Part shown: piece after piece, positions 46,160 through 57,728 of the stretch
Position numbering within the stretch: the first letter of the stretch is position 1
Layout: every line of letters begins with the position of its first letter
NCBI GenBank assembly: GCA_963707985.1
Contig: CAVPRW010000003.1
Coordinates: 86,953-150,952, forward strand
Length of the DNA stretch: 64,000 nucleotides
Direction: 5' to 3'
Origin: an uncultured Nitrospinota bacterium
GTDB lineage: Bacteria > Tectomicrobia > Entotheonellia > J063 > CAVPRW01
The notes under the pieces: generated by a model
Seen by the model: the letters and a program-made list of their open reading frames with translations, nothing else
Told to the model about the DNA's origin: nothing
Databases searched by the model: none
Position numbers and translations under genes: made by a program

Positions 46160-47572
46160 ATGACCAATGATGCTCTGCGCACGCTGTTGCCGTTCGCCGG
46201 CTGGTCCGAGGAGCGCGCCCGTGCAGTTGAGATGACCGGCGGTACCGATCCGATCTTGCCGACGCCATTCCGTATCGGCGAGACCAGTACTGCCGCGCTC
46301 GCGGCGGTCGGCCTCGCCGTCTCCGATCTGTGGGAATTGCGCAGTGGGCGTCGCCAGGAGGTCGCGGTCGATGCCCGCCGGGCGACGGCCTCGCTCCGCA
46401 GCGGGCATTACATGCAAATCGACGGGGCGCCCGTATCGACCGAGCGCAACCAGGTCATGGGCGTCTATCCGGCTAAGAACGGACGCTGGAGCTATCTCCA
46501 CTGCAATTTCCCGAACCATCGGGCCGCCGCCCTCAGCGTGCTCGGCGTGCCGGAAGATCGCGAAGCGGTGCGCCAAGCGGTGGCGCAGTGGGATGCGCTT
46601 GAGCTCGAAGAGGCGATCATCGCCGCGAAGGGCGCCGGGGGCATGGCCCGCACCATGGACGAATGGGCTCAGCACCCGCAGGCTGCCGCGATCGCAGCGC
46701 TACCGCTGATGGAGATCGTCAAGATCGGCGACAGCCCGCCGGAGATGCTTCCCAACGGCGATCGACCGTTGTCGGGCGTCCGGGTGCTCGACCTGACACG
46801 GGTCCTCGCCGGGCCGACTTGTGCCCGCACCCTCGCAGAGCACGGCGCCGACGTGTTGAAGATCACCGGGCCGCACCTGCCGCATCTCGGCTACCAGGAA
46901 TACGATACCGGCCACGGCAAGCTCTCTGCCCATCTGGATCTGCGCGAGCCGAAGGATCTTGAGACCTTGCGCGGGCTGGTCCGCGAGGCCGACGTATTCT
47001 CACAAGGCTACCGGCCGGGCACCCTTGGCAATCGTGGGCTCTCGCCCGAAGCGCTGGCGCACTTGCGGCCGGGCATCGTCTTCGTCTCACTGAGCGCCTT
47101 CAGCCACGTCGGGCCGTGGGCGTCACGCCGTGGCTTCGACACGGTAGTCCAGACGGTCAGCGGCATCACCAGCCGTCAGGGGGAGCTGTTCCCTGGCGCG
47201 GCACCGGGACCGCAATTCTATCCGGTGTCGGCGATCGACTATCTGACCGGCTATCTGATGGCGTTCGGCGCCATGGTGGGGCTCGCCCGACGCGTACGCG
47301 AGGGGGGTAGCTGGCTCGTGCGGATTTCACTGGCGCAGACCGGGCGCTGGCTTGTCGGACGTGGCCAGGTGCCAGAGGTTGAACTCAAGGACATCCCGAA
47401 GGAATTCACCCCTGAGGAGCTAGAGCGTTGGTCGATGACGAGCGACACGCCGGTCGGTCGGCTGCACCATCTCGGGCCGGTGGTGCGCCTCTCCGAGACG
47501 CCGCCGCGCTGGGCCCGACCCTCGGTGCCGCTTGGCTACCACGAGCCGGTATGGCCGGCACGGGCTTCATAG
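46160..47572 (+). CDS. CaiB/BaiF family CoA-transferase
   Basis: VRVLDLTRVLAGP, ADVFSQGYRPG, RRGFD. Confidence 0.9.
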   Translation: MTNDALRTLLPFAGWSEERARAVEMTGGTDPILPTPFRIGETSTAALAAVGLAVSDLWELRSGRRQEVAVDARRATASLRSGHYMQIDGAPVSTERNQVMGVYPAKNGRWSYLHCNFPNHRAAALSVLGVPEDREAVRQAVAQWDALELEEAIIAAKGAGGMARTMDEWAQHPQAAAIAALPLMEIVKIGDSPPEMLPNGDRPLSGVRVLDLTRVLAGPTCARTLAEHGADVLKITGPHLPHLGYQEYDTGHGKLSAHLDLREPKDLETLRGLVREADVFSQGYRPGTLGNRGLSPEALAHLRPGIVFVSLSAFSHVGPWASRRGFDTVVQTVSGITSRQGELFPGAAPGPQFYPVSAIDYLTGYLMAFGAMVGLARRVREGGSWLVRISLAQTGRWLVGRGQVPEVELKDIPKEFTPEELERWSMTSDTPVGRLHHLGPVVRLSETPPRWARPSVPLGYHEPVWPARAS

Positions 47573-47911
47573 CCACTCCTGGCAGGCAGTGGTAGGCGCG
47601 GCCCAGTGCCGCGCCTCGCGTGCCGACTGATCCTCGCCGGCACTCTCGTTTGGGCAATGTCGATATGCGCGCTCTATGCTGCCGGCACGCTGCGCCTTAC
47701 CATGCGGGCACAAGCATTGATTCGGCCCGATCTGCGTCCATCCCTAACCAGACCTGTCGAGGCTTGAGCACCGGCGGTCACGCTAGCCACAACTCTATCG
47801 CGGGTTCGAGTGTGGCGGTTTACAGGCCGTGACCCTTCAGGTTATAAGGAACATGTCTTGCGCATGTGTCGTCTCTATTCGACCACCTTTCCAGTAGGAG
47901 GAGATGAGCCT

Positions 47912-49471
47912 ATGTACCCAGTCCCTGACGTCGATGAAGTGGTGGCGGTAGCCAAGGCCCTGGGGATCCACCTGGGTCCCGAGGAGGCCGTCCTCTATCA
48001 GAAGTACCTCATGGAACAGTTGCAAGCGCTCGACACCTTCGTGCAGTCGAGGGTAGAGGAGGCTAAGCCGCCGATGGTCTCCGCCGCCCGGCAGCCCGGA
48101 TATCGGCCACGGCCACAAGAAGACCCGCTCAACGCCTGGATGTGGAAGTGCCGGATCGAGGGAACCCCCGAAGGCCTACTGGCCGGCAAGTCCGTCAGTT
48201 ACAAGGACCACATCGCAGTGGCCGGAATGCCCATGAGCTTCGGCTCCTTCGCCCTCCAAGGTTTTGTCCCCGACTTCGACGCCACCGTGGTCACCCGGGT
48301 GCTGCAGGCGGGGGGCACCATCATCGGCAAGAACGTCATGAACGGCCTGAGTGGCGGCTTCGGCACTGGCGGCGGTATCGGGGATTATGGACGGCCCCTC
48401 AACCCCCACAACCATGATCACGTGACCGGCGGCTCGTCCTCGGGCTCCGGCGCGGCCGTGGCCGCAGGCGAGGTCGACATCTCCTTTGGCGGCGACCAAG
48501 GTGGTTCCATCCGCATCCCGGCAGCGTTCTGTGGCATCGTCGGCCACAAGCCGACGTTCGGACTGGTGTCGCACTTCGGGATCGGGTTCGGCTCGGATCA
48601 AAGCATCGACTATACGGGCCCGATGGCGCGGACCGTGGAGGACGCGGCGGCGGCACTCCAGGCCACCGCGGGGTACGACCCTTATGATCCTCGCCAGACA
48701 CGCGATGTCCCCCCCAGCATTGACGTGATCGGCCGGCTGGCCGACGGGGTGTCTGGGCTGCGCATCGGGGTGCTCGAGGAGGGCTTCGACGAGGCCGAGG
48801 GCGACGTACGCGACCTGGTGCTGGCGGCGGTCGACGTCCTTGCCCGGCTAGGTGCCGACGTCTCCAAGGTGTCCATCCCGGTGCATCATGCCATCCGCAC
48901 GGCTCAGGCGGCGCTCACGGGCGAAGGCGCGCTGGCCGTGTTCAAAACCGGCTTCTTCGGGGCCTTCACCAGGACCTACTATCCCGCCTCCATCATCGCC
49001 GCCATTAATAAGCTGTGGGCCTCCCAGGCCGACACGCTGGCGCCACGCAGCAAGCTGTCGCTCATCGCCGCCGAGATGAGCCGCCGCCAATACCACGGCC
49101 GCGTGTACGCCAAGGCGCAGAATGTGCGACCGACTTATATCAAGGCCTACGACACGGCCCTGGCGAACGTCGACGCGCTGGTGATGCCCACCTGCCTGAT
49201 GACAGCGCCGAAGAACCATACGCCAGGCAGCGCCCTCGAAGCTATCGAGGACAACCTCGCGACCATACACAGCCGCGGCTCCCGCAACACCCAGCCCTTC
49301 AACTACACCGGCCACCCAGCGCTCGCCCTGCCCGTGGGCAAGTCGTCGGCCGGTCTCCCCGTCAGCATGCAGCTCGTTGGGCGTTTCTTCGACGACCCAC
49401 TCCTCATGCGGGTCGCATACGCCTACCAGCATGCCACTGACTGGGACACGATCATCCGCGTCCAGGCCTGA
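47912..49471 (+). CDS. Amidase signature family enzyme
   Basis: KD, GGSSSGS, GDQGGSIRIPA, GLPVSMQLVG. Confidence 0.92.
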   Translation: MYPVPDVDEVVAVAKALGIHLGPEEAVLYQKYLMEQLQALDTFVQSRVEEAKPPMVSAARQPGYRPRPQEDPLNAWMWKCRIEGTPEGLLAGKSVSYKDHIAVAGMPMSFGSFALQGFVPDFDATVVTRVLQAGGTIIGKNVMNGLSGGFGTGGGIGDYGRPLNPHNHDHVTGGSSSGSGAAVAAGEVDISFGGDQGGSIRIPAAFCGIVGHKPTFGLVSHFGIGFGSDQSIDYTGPMARTVEDAAAALQATAGYDPYDPRQTRDVPPSIDVIGRLADGVSGLRIGVLEEGFDEAEGDVRDLVLAAVDVLARLGADVSKVSIPVHHAIRTAQAALTGEGALAVFKTGFFGAFTRTYYPASIIAAINKLWASQADTLAPRSKLSLIAAEMSRRQYHGRVYAKAQNVRPTYIKAYDTALANVDALVMPTCLMTAPKNHTPGSALEAIEDNLATIHSRGSRNTQPFNYTGHPALALPVGKSSAGLPVSMQLVGRFFDDPLLMRVAYAYQHATDWDTIIRVQA

Positions 49472-49570
49472 GCGGGTGAGGATTGGGGGCGACGGGGCGT
49501 CCGTGAGGCGTGGCGGCGACGAGTACGTTGTCTGCAAGCCGCCACACCGAATAGTCCCCCACAACAGGAA

Positions 49571-49613
49571 GGCGATGATGATCGCTTGACATCATCGCCG
49601 AAAAGCGTAGACT
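49571..49613 (+). promoter_or_regulatory. sigma70-like promoter with an inverted repeat over the -35
   Basis: TTGACA 49586-16 nt-TAGACT 49608; GGCGATGATG (49571-49580) / CATCATCGCC (49590-49599). Confidence 0.5.
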
Positions 49614-49681
49614 ACGAAAGAGAACGATATTGTCGCGTCGTCTGTCTGTTCGATTGTAACCTGGACATCAGGAGGGTGGCT

Positions 49682-49969
49682 ATGGCTACCAATGGGGAGT
49701 GGAAAGTTCTCGTAGATATCCTGTACTGCGTGGCCTGACAGTATCACGCGACCGCCACGTGGTTGGCGAACGAATTCTTTCGAACCTTTGGGCCAGATGT
49801 AGGCATCTCTCTCACCCCTGGCGCGAATGGCCGACTAGAAATTTACATGGATGGCGAGAAGATTTTTGACCGTAAGGAGGAGGAAGGGAAGTACCCCGAC
49901 CTTGCCAGAGTCCGGCAACTGAAGCAGGTGATCAAGGCCAGGCTGGACTCGCTGGTCGCCGCTGACTAA
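49682..49969 (+). CDS. Rdx (SelW/SelT/SelH) family selenoprotein, CxxU
   Basis: RBS AGGAGG; MATNGEWKVLVDILYCVA-TGA(49736)-QYHATATWLANE..GRLEIYMDGEKIFDRK..GKYPD, in frame with ORF 49763-49969; hairpin 49753-49768. Confidence 0.88.
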
Positions 49970-49997
49970 TCGCTGACCAGATCACCTCCCGACGGCA

Positions 49998-50036
49998 CCT
50001 TCAGCCTTTCCGGTAGTTCTAGGAGGGGCTGAAGGA
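49998..50036. terminator. Hairpin after the selenoprotein gene
   Basis: CCTTCAGCC..GGCTGAAGG inverted repeat; no clear U-tract. Confidence 0.4.
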
Positions 50037-50584
50037 GTATGAAAAGCCCACGATACCAGCCCTTCGGTTGAAGCATGCCATCCCTGCAGTGATGTCAGTT
50101 GTTTGGCCAAAAAACTCAAGGGCCCTATCTTCACACGGCTTACGGTCCCACCATTGTTTGCTCCTCATCACGCTTCGTGGCGCACTATAGCCCTATGCAC
50201 TTGGAACCCAGCTTTTGGCATGGTTTCATTGAGGAGATGAGGTCTTCTGACACCAGAGGGCTCCTGAATGCACACTGTCAAAGTATCCCCGCACCACATT
50301 GCCGCAAATGGCTTTGGTGAGCACGAGACATAAAGAGGCTTTCGTTCATATGGCGGTAACTGTCCGGAACTCCATGAATGCGTTGCCATTGCGACCTGTG
50401 TTCCGTCGTATTCACTTTGTTTCGACAAGTATCCCGTACGTGTGCTGATGGTTACCATGGACGCAACACGAGCCTATCCGGATAAGCTTGGAACCGATAG
50501 TCTTCATACAGTGAGGCGAGGTACGTCACCGCCGCGTCAACAAGGGCCTTTTCTCGGTTTCCGACGACCGGCACTCGAAGCATC

Positions 50585-51400
50585 TCACCCGGTTGCAGCC
50601 TTTGGACATTGCGAAAAGGCGGAGAGCACTACCTCTTGGGCCGTTGGCAACGCAGCAAACGTCTCACCGATCATTGGGAATCCGACACCATGAATGTGTC
50701 GCATATAGAGGCGCTGAACCTGAGCAGCCGACATTTCTTTCACCGAAAGCTTATAGCCTCGCTGTGGGACTGAAGCCCTTTTGTTTGGCATGTCTTCAAT
50801 TTCCGGTAGATCCACGTCGAGAAATAGCCGCTGACCCTCGTCCAGAATTTCTGTGGCTACGGTCGTTTCGCGTGGCCAAATGATGCTCTGGAGATTCTCC
50901 TCCAAGAATTTCTCCATCGCGCCAAGGTCGCTGTAGATATCTCGCTCGACAAAGTCCTTCCGACGTCGCTCCGATTCCTCAAAACGCCGCTTTGCAGCCT
51001 GCCAGTCCTTGAAAGGCTTGTTCATATTGAAGCTCTTTCTCTGCGTTCTCTGCTTCATGTCGCGCACGCTTCCGCTTGAACAATCTGGCCAACAGGCACG
51101 GGCGCCCGGGAATTGGCTTTGTGGGTGGCGGCTCCTGGTACCGTGGGATTTGAAATTGAGGCGTGGAGTTGGGGTTGGGTGTGTAGAGATGGATTTCCCC
51201 TAAGGCTTCAATTTGCGCGTTGATTTCATCGCACTTCTGCTGAATCAAATCACGAATTGCGTCGCCCTGTTGCTTCTTGGTAGCAGTAACCGAATGTTCA
51301 GGCAGAGGATTGCCGTCGGCATCTTCAAAATACACCGTGCCGTCATCGGTTACCTCGATTTTTGTCGAGACGCTTGTATATGTCGCTGACGAACCTCTGC
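50585..51400 (-). pseudogene. DUF4236-associated protein fragment
   Basis: WPRET, LDVDLPEIEDMP, YMRHIHGVG..GETFAALPT..LSAFSQ; both ends missing, frameshift ~51020. Confidence 0.6.
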
Positions 51401-51407
51401 TTCTTGG

Positions 51408-52420
51408 TCATTGACGATGGGTCGCCAAACTATGTGGGCGGGTTCCGTGGCGCTCATATTCGCGCGGGGTCAGATACTGCAGGCGGCGGAGTGAATTCAG
51501 CGCCATGGCCAATTGTAGGGGGAGTACCTGCCCAGTGGCAGATGCATCACGCAATAGCCGGGATTTGAGTTGCACCCAGCCATAGTCGGGGTCGGCCACC
51601 ACGACCTCCTGGTCACTGGCGTTGGTCAGCTCGTCGAGCAAGGGCGCGAGCAGTCGTGCGTCCACGCCGGGTAGCAGATACATGACGATATTGTCGGTGA
51701 AGCGGAACGCGTCGAGGGTCGCAGCCGAATCAGCCCGGCAAACTAAGACGACGTGGAGTCGATCCTCGGCAATCAGCCGCGCCAGCGCGGCCCAATCGGC
51801 GTTCGCGGCCATCAGCTGAGACGGCGACACGACCTTACGTCTGTTGACGATGTGCGGCTGATGGGCCATCAGGTAATCGTCCAGCTGGTCGAGGATGAGG
51901 AGGAGCTTGCGTGCCCCATGGTGCGGCAAGCGCGCCAGCCAACCAAACGGGTCGGTCGCATCGCAAGGGGATGATGCGCCGAGTTGATGAAGCTCGGCCT
52001 CTGAGAGGATATGCAAGGCCGTGGTCACTGCGTTCTGTAACCCCTGCTGCCATTCCAGAGAAAAGGCATCCGAAGCGGCGGGACCAGCCGGATGGTACCC
52101 GTGCTCGGGCTGGTCGGGGCACGCAGCTGTGGGAGCATGCCAGCCCGTACCAGAGCGCTTTTACCCGTGCCAGATTCCCCGATGAGGAAGAGCAGTGAGG
52201 CGTGTTCGCATTCATCGGTCAGCGCTAGAATGTGTTCCTCACGTCCCACTAAATATTTGGGGTTATCGGCGGACACCAGGAACCGTTCCGGTTTCCGCAG
52301 GACAGAGTGCCGACTGAGTGCGGCATACAGCAGGATCGCGGCGCCGACCGCCAATACGGCAACGACGACCCAACGCGCTTCCGAGTCGGGCGTGTCGGGG
52401 GCGGTCATCGGTGAGTTCAA
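51408..52420 (-). pseudogene. nSTAND1-like NTPase fragment
   Basis: LVGRE, IGESGTGKSALVRAG, LILDQLDD, LPLQL; no sensor/effector domain. Confidence 0.7.
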
Positions 52421-52575
52421 GGCCTCTGCTCTACAGCCGGTTGAAGCGCCACGGCCGCGCCAGCAGCCAGGGCGGTCACCCTACTGGTGAGGGGGTCCAT
52501 CAATACCTCCTTCGTCAGCTCAATGATCTGCAAGACCGCGGCAGCGGCCAGTGGGACATCGCCAACTCGCGGCGC

Positions 52576-52759
52576 TCATGCCCTTTCCGCCTCGTCATCC
52601 TCGGGGGGCATGCCGCGCTTGAGATACGCCAGCAGCCGGCCCGTGGCGGCCGCCGTGGTCACCGCCACGAGCTCATACCCAATGGGGCCGAAGGGGGTTC
52701 AGCGTCGCCTCGTCTGGCTCGGGCACCCCGCCGAGCTCCACCCTATAGTAGTCCCACAT
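52576..52759 (-). CDS. Small DUF4177-like protein (1-nt frameshift)
   Basis: RBS AGGAGG; MWDYYRVE..LN..G.IGYELVAV..LAYLKR after removing one base near 52692. Confidence 0.5.
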
Positions 52760-52879
52760 CCCTCCTGTGGCCATTTACCCTCTCGCCTTTCAGCCAACGA
52801 AGGGTCTTGGGCCGCAACGCCCTGAAGGGCTCGCCGATCAGCTGCGGGGCCGCAGGCGACCTTCAGCTTCATCGATTTG

Positions 52880-55800
52880 TTAGGCCGCCCCCCCAGAAGA
52901 CTCATAGGTCAGGCCAAACACCGTATCCGTCATCCACCGCCGGAACGACTCGTTGTCCATGAACTGCTTGAACAGCTCGGTGTCGTCCTTGAGCACCGCC
53001 GTCATGACGCGCGTGAGCGCTTTATCGTGCTCGATGCGCGCGTTCTGCTTGTCGGAGTTCTGCTTGGCATTCTGGTAGGCGGTGTCCGCTGCGACGCGGT
53101 TGGGGATGTCCTCCGTGATCAGCTTGTGCACGCGGTCGGCGTCGGTCCACGGGATGTTGCCGAACTGGTCGTTGAAGGTCTTGAGGATGTTCGAGAGCCG
53201 GTCGAGCTCCGGCTCCGGCTTGTGCCCCCCGCCGATCGTCGGCACCGGCTCGATCTCCGCGTCCACGTCCGGAAGCTGGATCTGCATCGCCGCCTGCTTC
53301 TCGACCCGGTAGCTGTCCATGTCGATGGCGTCGAGGATGCCCTTCGACAGGTCCTCCTCGACGGGGGCCGGCAGCTTCGGGACGAGGAAGGTCAGGAAGA
53401 TCGAAAGCTTCTCCCAGTCGGCGCTCGTGTAGGGCAAGATCTGGGCGAGGAAGCCGTAGGTGCGCAGGAACGCCTTCGCCTTGCCCTTGAAGTCCACCTG
53501 CCCGTCCTCGTCGAGCTGCTCCCTGTAGACGGCGACGCAGGCGTCGAGGATCGGGTCGAGCCGGTCGCGGTCCGCACCATCGAGGTACAACGTCGACCAG
53601 CTCCTCGATCTGCGCGGTCGAGTAGACCTGGGAGCCGTCGAGCGCGGCCTGGAGGTCGTGCAGCTTGTTGGGGTCGGTCTCGTCCGCGAGGATCGTGGTG
53701 CGGTAGTAGTCGGCAAACGCCTGCTGAATCGTGTCGGTGTCGTTCATGAAGTCGAGGACGAAGACGTCGTGCTTCTGCGGGTGGGCGCGATTCAGGCGCG
53801 ACAGCGTCTGCACCGCCTTGACGCCCGAGAGCACCTTGTCCACGTACATGGTGTGCAAGAGCGGCTCGTCGTAGCCGGTCTGGAACTTGTCGGCACAGAT
53901 CAGGAAGCGGTAGGGGTCTTCCTGGATCTTGTCGGCGATCTGGCTCGATGGAAACGCGTTGAGCGATGCCTCGGTGACCTTCACCCCGCCGTACTCGTGC
54001 TCGCCCGAGAACGCGACGATGGCGCGGTAGGGGCTCTTGCGCTCGATCAGATAGTCGCGGATGGCGTGGTAGTACTGGATCGCACGCTCGATGCCGCTCG
54101 TCACCACCATGGCCCGCGCCTGACCGCCGATCTTGTTGAGCGCCAGCACCTGCTCGTGGAAGTGGTCCACCATGATCTCGGCCTTGAGCCGGATCGCGTG
54201 CTCGTGGCTCTCGACATAGCGGCGCAGCTTCTTCTTGGCGCGCTTGGTGTCGAACTCCGGGTCGCCCTCGACCTTCTTGACCAGCTTGTAGTAGCTCTCG
54301 ACCGGCGTGTAATGCTTGAGCACGTCCAGGATGAAGCCCTCCTGGATCGCCTGCTTCATCGTGTAGCTGTGGAAGGGCCGGTGCCGCACCGTGCCGTCCG
54401 GCTGCGGCTCCGGCTCGCCGAAGATCTCCAGCGTCTTGTTCTTGGGCGTGGCGGTGAAGGCGAAGTAGCTGGCATTGGGTAGGAGCTTCTTGGCCTCCAT
54501 CAGCCGGTTGATCTGATCCTCGGTGGTCTCGTCGTCCTCCTCCGCACCGGCCCCGCCGAGCGCCATCGAGACCGCGGCGGAGGTGCGTCCGCCCTGGCTC
54601 GAGTGCGCCTCGTCGATGATGATGGCGAAGCGCCGCCCGCGGTGCTCGCTGCCGATCTCGTCCAGGATGAACGGGAACTTCTGCACCGTGGAGATGATGA
54701 TCTTCTTCCCCTCGGCGATGAACCTGCGCAGGTCGCCGGAGTGCTCGGCGTGCCCCACCGTAGCGCCCACCTGGGCGAACTGCTTGATGGTGTCCCGGAT
54801 CTGCTGGTCGAGGAGGCGCCGGTCGGTGACGACGATGATCGAGTCGAACACCGGCGCACCGTCCTTCGCCAGGCCGATCAACTGGTGGGCGAGCCAGGCG
54901 ATGGAGTTGGACTTGCCGCTCCCCGCCGAGTGCTGGATCAGGTAGCGCCGGCCCACGCCGTGCCGGCCGGCGTCGGCCAGGAGCTTGCGCACCACGTCGA
55001 GCTGGTGGAAGCGCGGCCAGATCTGCACCGCCTTCTTGCGACCGGTCTTCTCGTCCCTCGTCTCGACGACCTGGGCGTAGTTTTCGAGGATGTCGGTCAG
55101 GCCGTCGCGCGTGAGGATGCGTTTCCACAGGTAGTCGGTCTTGAGGCCGTTCGGGTTGGGCGGATTGCCCGCGCCGTCGTTCCAACCCAGGTTGAAGGGC
55201 AGGAACCACGAGGCCTTGCCCTTCAGGTGCGTGCAGAAGCGCACCTCGTGATCGTCCACGGCGAAGTGCACAACGCAGCGTCCGAACTCGAAGAGCCGTC
55301 TCGCGCGGGTCGCGGTCGCGCTTGTACTGCTGGATCGCGTCCTCGACCGTCTGCTTGGTCAGGCTGTTCTTGAGCTCGAAGGTGGCGACCGGCAGGCCGT
55401 TGATGAAGAGGCCGAGGTCGAGGGCGAGCTGGGTCTCGTCGCGGCTGTAGCGGAGCTGGCGGGTGACGCTGAAGCGGTTGGCGGCATAGCGCGCCTGGGC
55501 CTTCACGTTGCCCGGCGATGGCGTGCCGTAGAAGAGGTCGAGGTGGTGCGGCCCGTGCTTGATGCCGTGACGCAGCACGTCGATGGTGCCGCGCTTGCTG
55601 ATCTCGCCCTGCAGGCGGGCCAGGAACTTGCGCCGTGTCGGGCCGTCCTGGCCGAGGTCGAGCGCCTCGGCCGTCTCGGGCTGCGTCTCCCGCAGGAAAG
55701 CGGAGAGCTGCGCCAGGTCCACGCAGTACTCGCGGTCGTAGTCGTTGGGATCGCCGCCGATCCAGCCAACTCCGTAGGTGGCCGGCCGCTCGCGCATCTC

Positions 55801-55887
55801 GTCGGGCTGCGGCGGGTCGCACGGGTGGCCGGTCAGCGCCGTGCAGATCAGCCGTTCGAGGCCGCGCTCGCTGGTGTCGGTGTTCAT
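52880..55887 (-). CDS. hsdR: Type I restriction subunit R (frameshifts ~55295 and ~53590)
   Basis: NGLPVATFELKN, QHSAGSGKS, IIDEAHSSQ, FTATPK, KFQTGYDEP, QTLSRLNR. Confidence 0.93.
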
Positions 55888-57333
55888 GCACTCGTCCTCC
55901 TCGGAGACGGCGTCGAGGTCGTCGGCCGCGTCTTCGTCGGCGTCGCTCAGGGCCTCCGCCTCGTCGAGCGGCTCCGGCTCCTCGATTTCGTCCGGCAACC
56001 GCGCCGCCACCTCGCGCACGTCCAGCTTGCCGGTGACCACGTCGGCGATCAGGCGGGTGCGGTATTCGCGGAGGAGGGAGATTTCGTGTTCTGCACGCGC
56101 CACAGTCGCAAGCAATTCCCGAGTCGAATTTCGCACCTCATTAACGATTTGCCGTTGTTCCCCAGCCGGTGGAACGATGAAATCAAATGATCGTAGCGAT
56201 GACAGAGGCAGGTTGTTCGCCAAGCCTTCCGCGCCGCTGATAGCCTTTTCCACCTGCTGACGATAGTACCGACTGTTCATCGCCAGTACCATGAAATCAG
56301 GATCAATATCCTGTTTGAATACTGGGCGAAATGTCTTGTCCGATAGGATGAGCCTGAAATTGAGAACTTCCACTCGACCAACAGACCCCACGAGATGCGG
56401 TGACCCACTTGCTCGTGAAACGAGGACATCGCCGACTGCGACCGCCAAATTTGAATCGATAGAGAAATCAGGAGGAAGCCGCTTATGCTCGCTTGCCTTA
56501 AACACGCCTCGATTTACACAACCTGCCTTCAAGACACCCCACGATTCATCGTCGGCGAGGTAGTTCTCTGCTTGTGGGCTCACGCCCTGATCAATACGTC
56601 TCACAAGCGACTTCAGCCGCTTTACTTCCCAATGCTCCGGCACGTCGCCCAGCCACTCCACGCCAGACGACCTCAGGCGGACGTTGCGGTCGAGGCCGCG
56701 GATGACGGCACGGTGGATGATGGCCTGCTTCTGCTCCTCCAGCAGCTTGATCAGCGTCTGCTTGGCGCGGATGTAGCGCTGGATTCGCCGGTCCATGTAG
56801 TCGAGGAAACGGATAATGGAGGATTGTTCCGTAAGTGCTGGCAGGCACGTCTAGATCAACTTGAAGTGCTCAGGCCGAAGGCTCCACATATCGGAGGTGA
56901 TCCCGTAGGACCAACGCTCGGCTTCTATCGCAAACGCCGGAGTTCGCAACAAGTAGTGGAGAAAGCGTGCGTCGGCACCGTTGCGCGGGCGCTGTACCAC
57001 ATAGGCCGGACTGACGATTCCATAGTAGTTGGACACACCAACCGCGCCCTGCCAAGCCCGCATCTTGTTGTAAACGATGTCGCCAGGCCGAGCGAGCTTG
57101 TAGGAGGACTTATCTTGATTTGAGCTGTCTTTTTTCGAGCTGTCTGCCAGCAGTGCCTGTTGAGGAATGACCCCATTAGTAATAGTAACGGACAGCATCT
57201 GCTCATCCGGATGATTGCGCTCGTTCACCTCAGTGAAGAGCGCACGGTTTGGGAGCACCTCCCAATGCTCCGGCACCTCACCCAGCCACGGCACGCCCGA
57301 ATCCTTATAGACAGGGTAAGGCTTCAGCTTCAC
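55888..57333 (-). CDS. hsdS: Type I specificity subunit S (in-frame TAG at 56851-56853; no stop before hsdR ATG)
   Basis: YKDSGVPWLGEVPEHWEV and SGVEWLGDVPEHWEV repeats, two TRDs, EYRTRLIADVVTGKLDVR. Confidence 0.9.
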
Positions 57334-57728
57334 GTCCAATCCTCCAGGGAGAGGCCAGCCACCCTGGCAAATTCGCTGGTGTTGTGGGTCACCAGAATCA
57401 GATTATTTGCCCAGGCAATGGCCGCGATCATCAGGTCGTTTGGGCCAATCGGCGTACCTCGCGCGGCCAGATCGGCGCGAATGCGTCCATAGACCTCGGC
57501 GGCGGCATCATCGAAAGCATGGCTATAAAAAATATTGATGAACCGACCGAGCCTGGTAAGCGTCTGGGTGGGTTGTTGGCTCTTGTATGCTCCGTAATAC
57601 AATTCTGCCTTTACAATCGAACAGAGAGCGACCGTTCCGGATGGCTCTCGCCTTAGCCGGTGGGCGACATTGGAGCCTCTGTCGCGCAAGATGGCGATAC
57701 AGGCATTGGTGTCGAGTAGATAGGTCAT
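57330..57728 (-). CDS. vapC: VapC/PIN toxin
   Basis: YLLDTNACI, AELYYGA, IGPNDLMIAA, LVTHN..EF. Confidence 0.93.
   Translation of the reverse strand: MTYLLDTNACIAILRDRGSNVAHRLRREPSGTVALCSIVKAELYYGAYKSQQPTQTLTRLGRFINIFYSHAFDDAAAEVYGRIRADLAARGTPIGPNDLMIAAIAWANNLILVTHNTSEFARVAGLSLEDWT

Noticed and set aside
53392..56796. 1134 aa ORF as a novel giant protein
   Set aside because: It is the HsdS C-half plus HsdR N-terminus, followed by out-of-frame hsdR sequence after the ~55295 frameshift.
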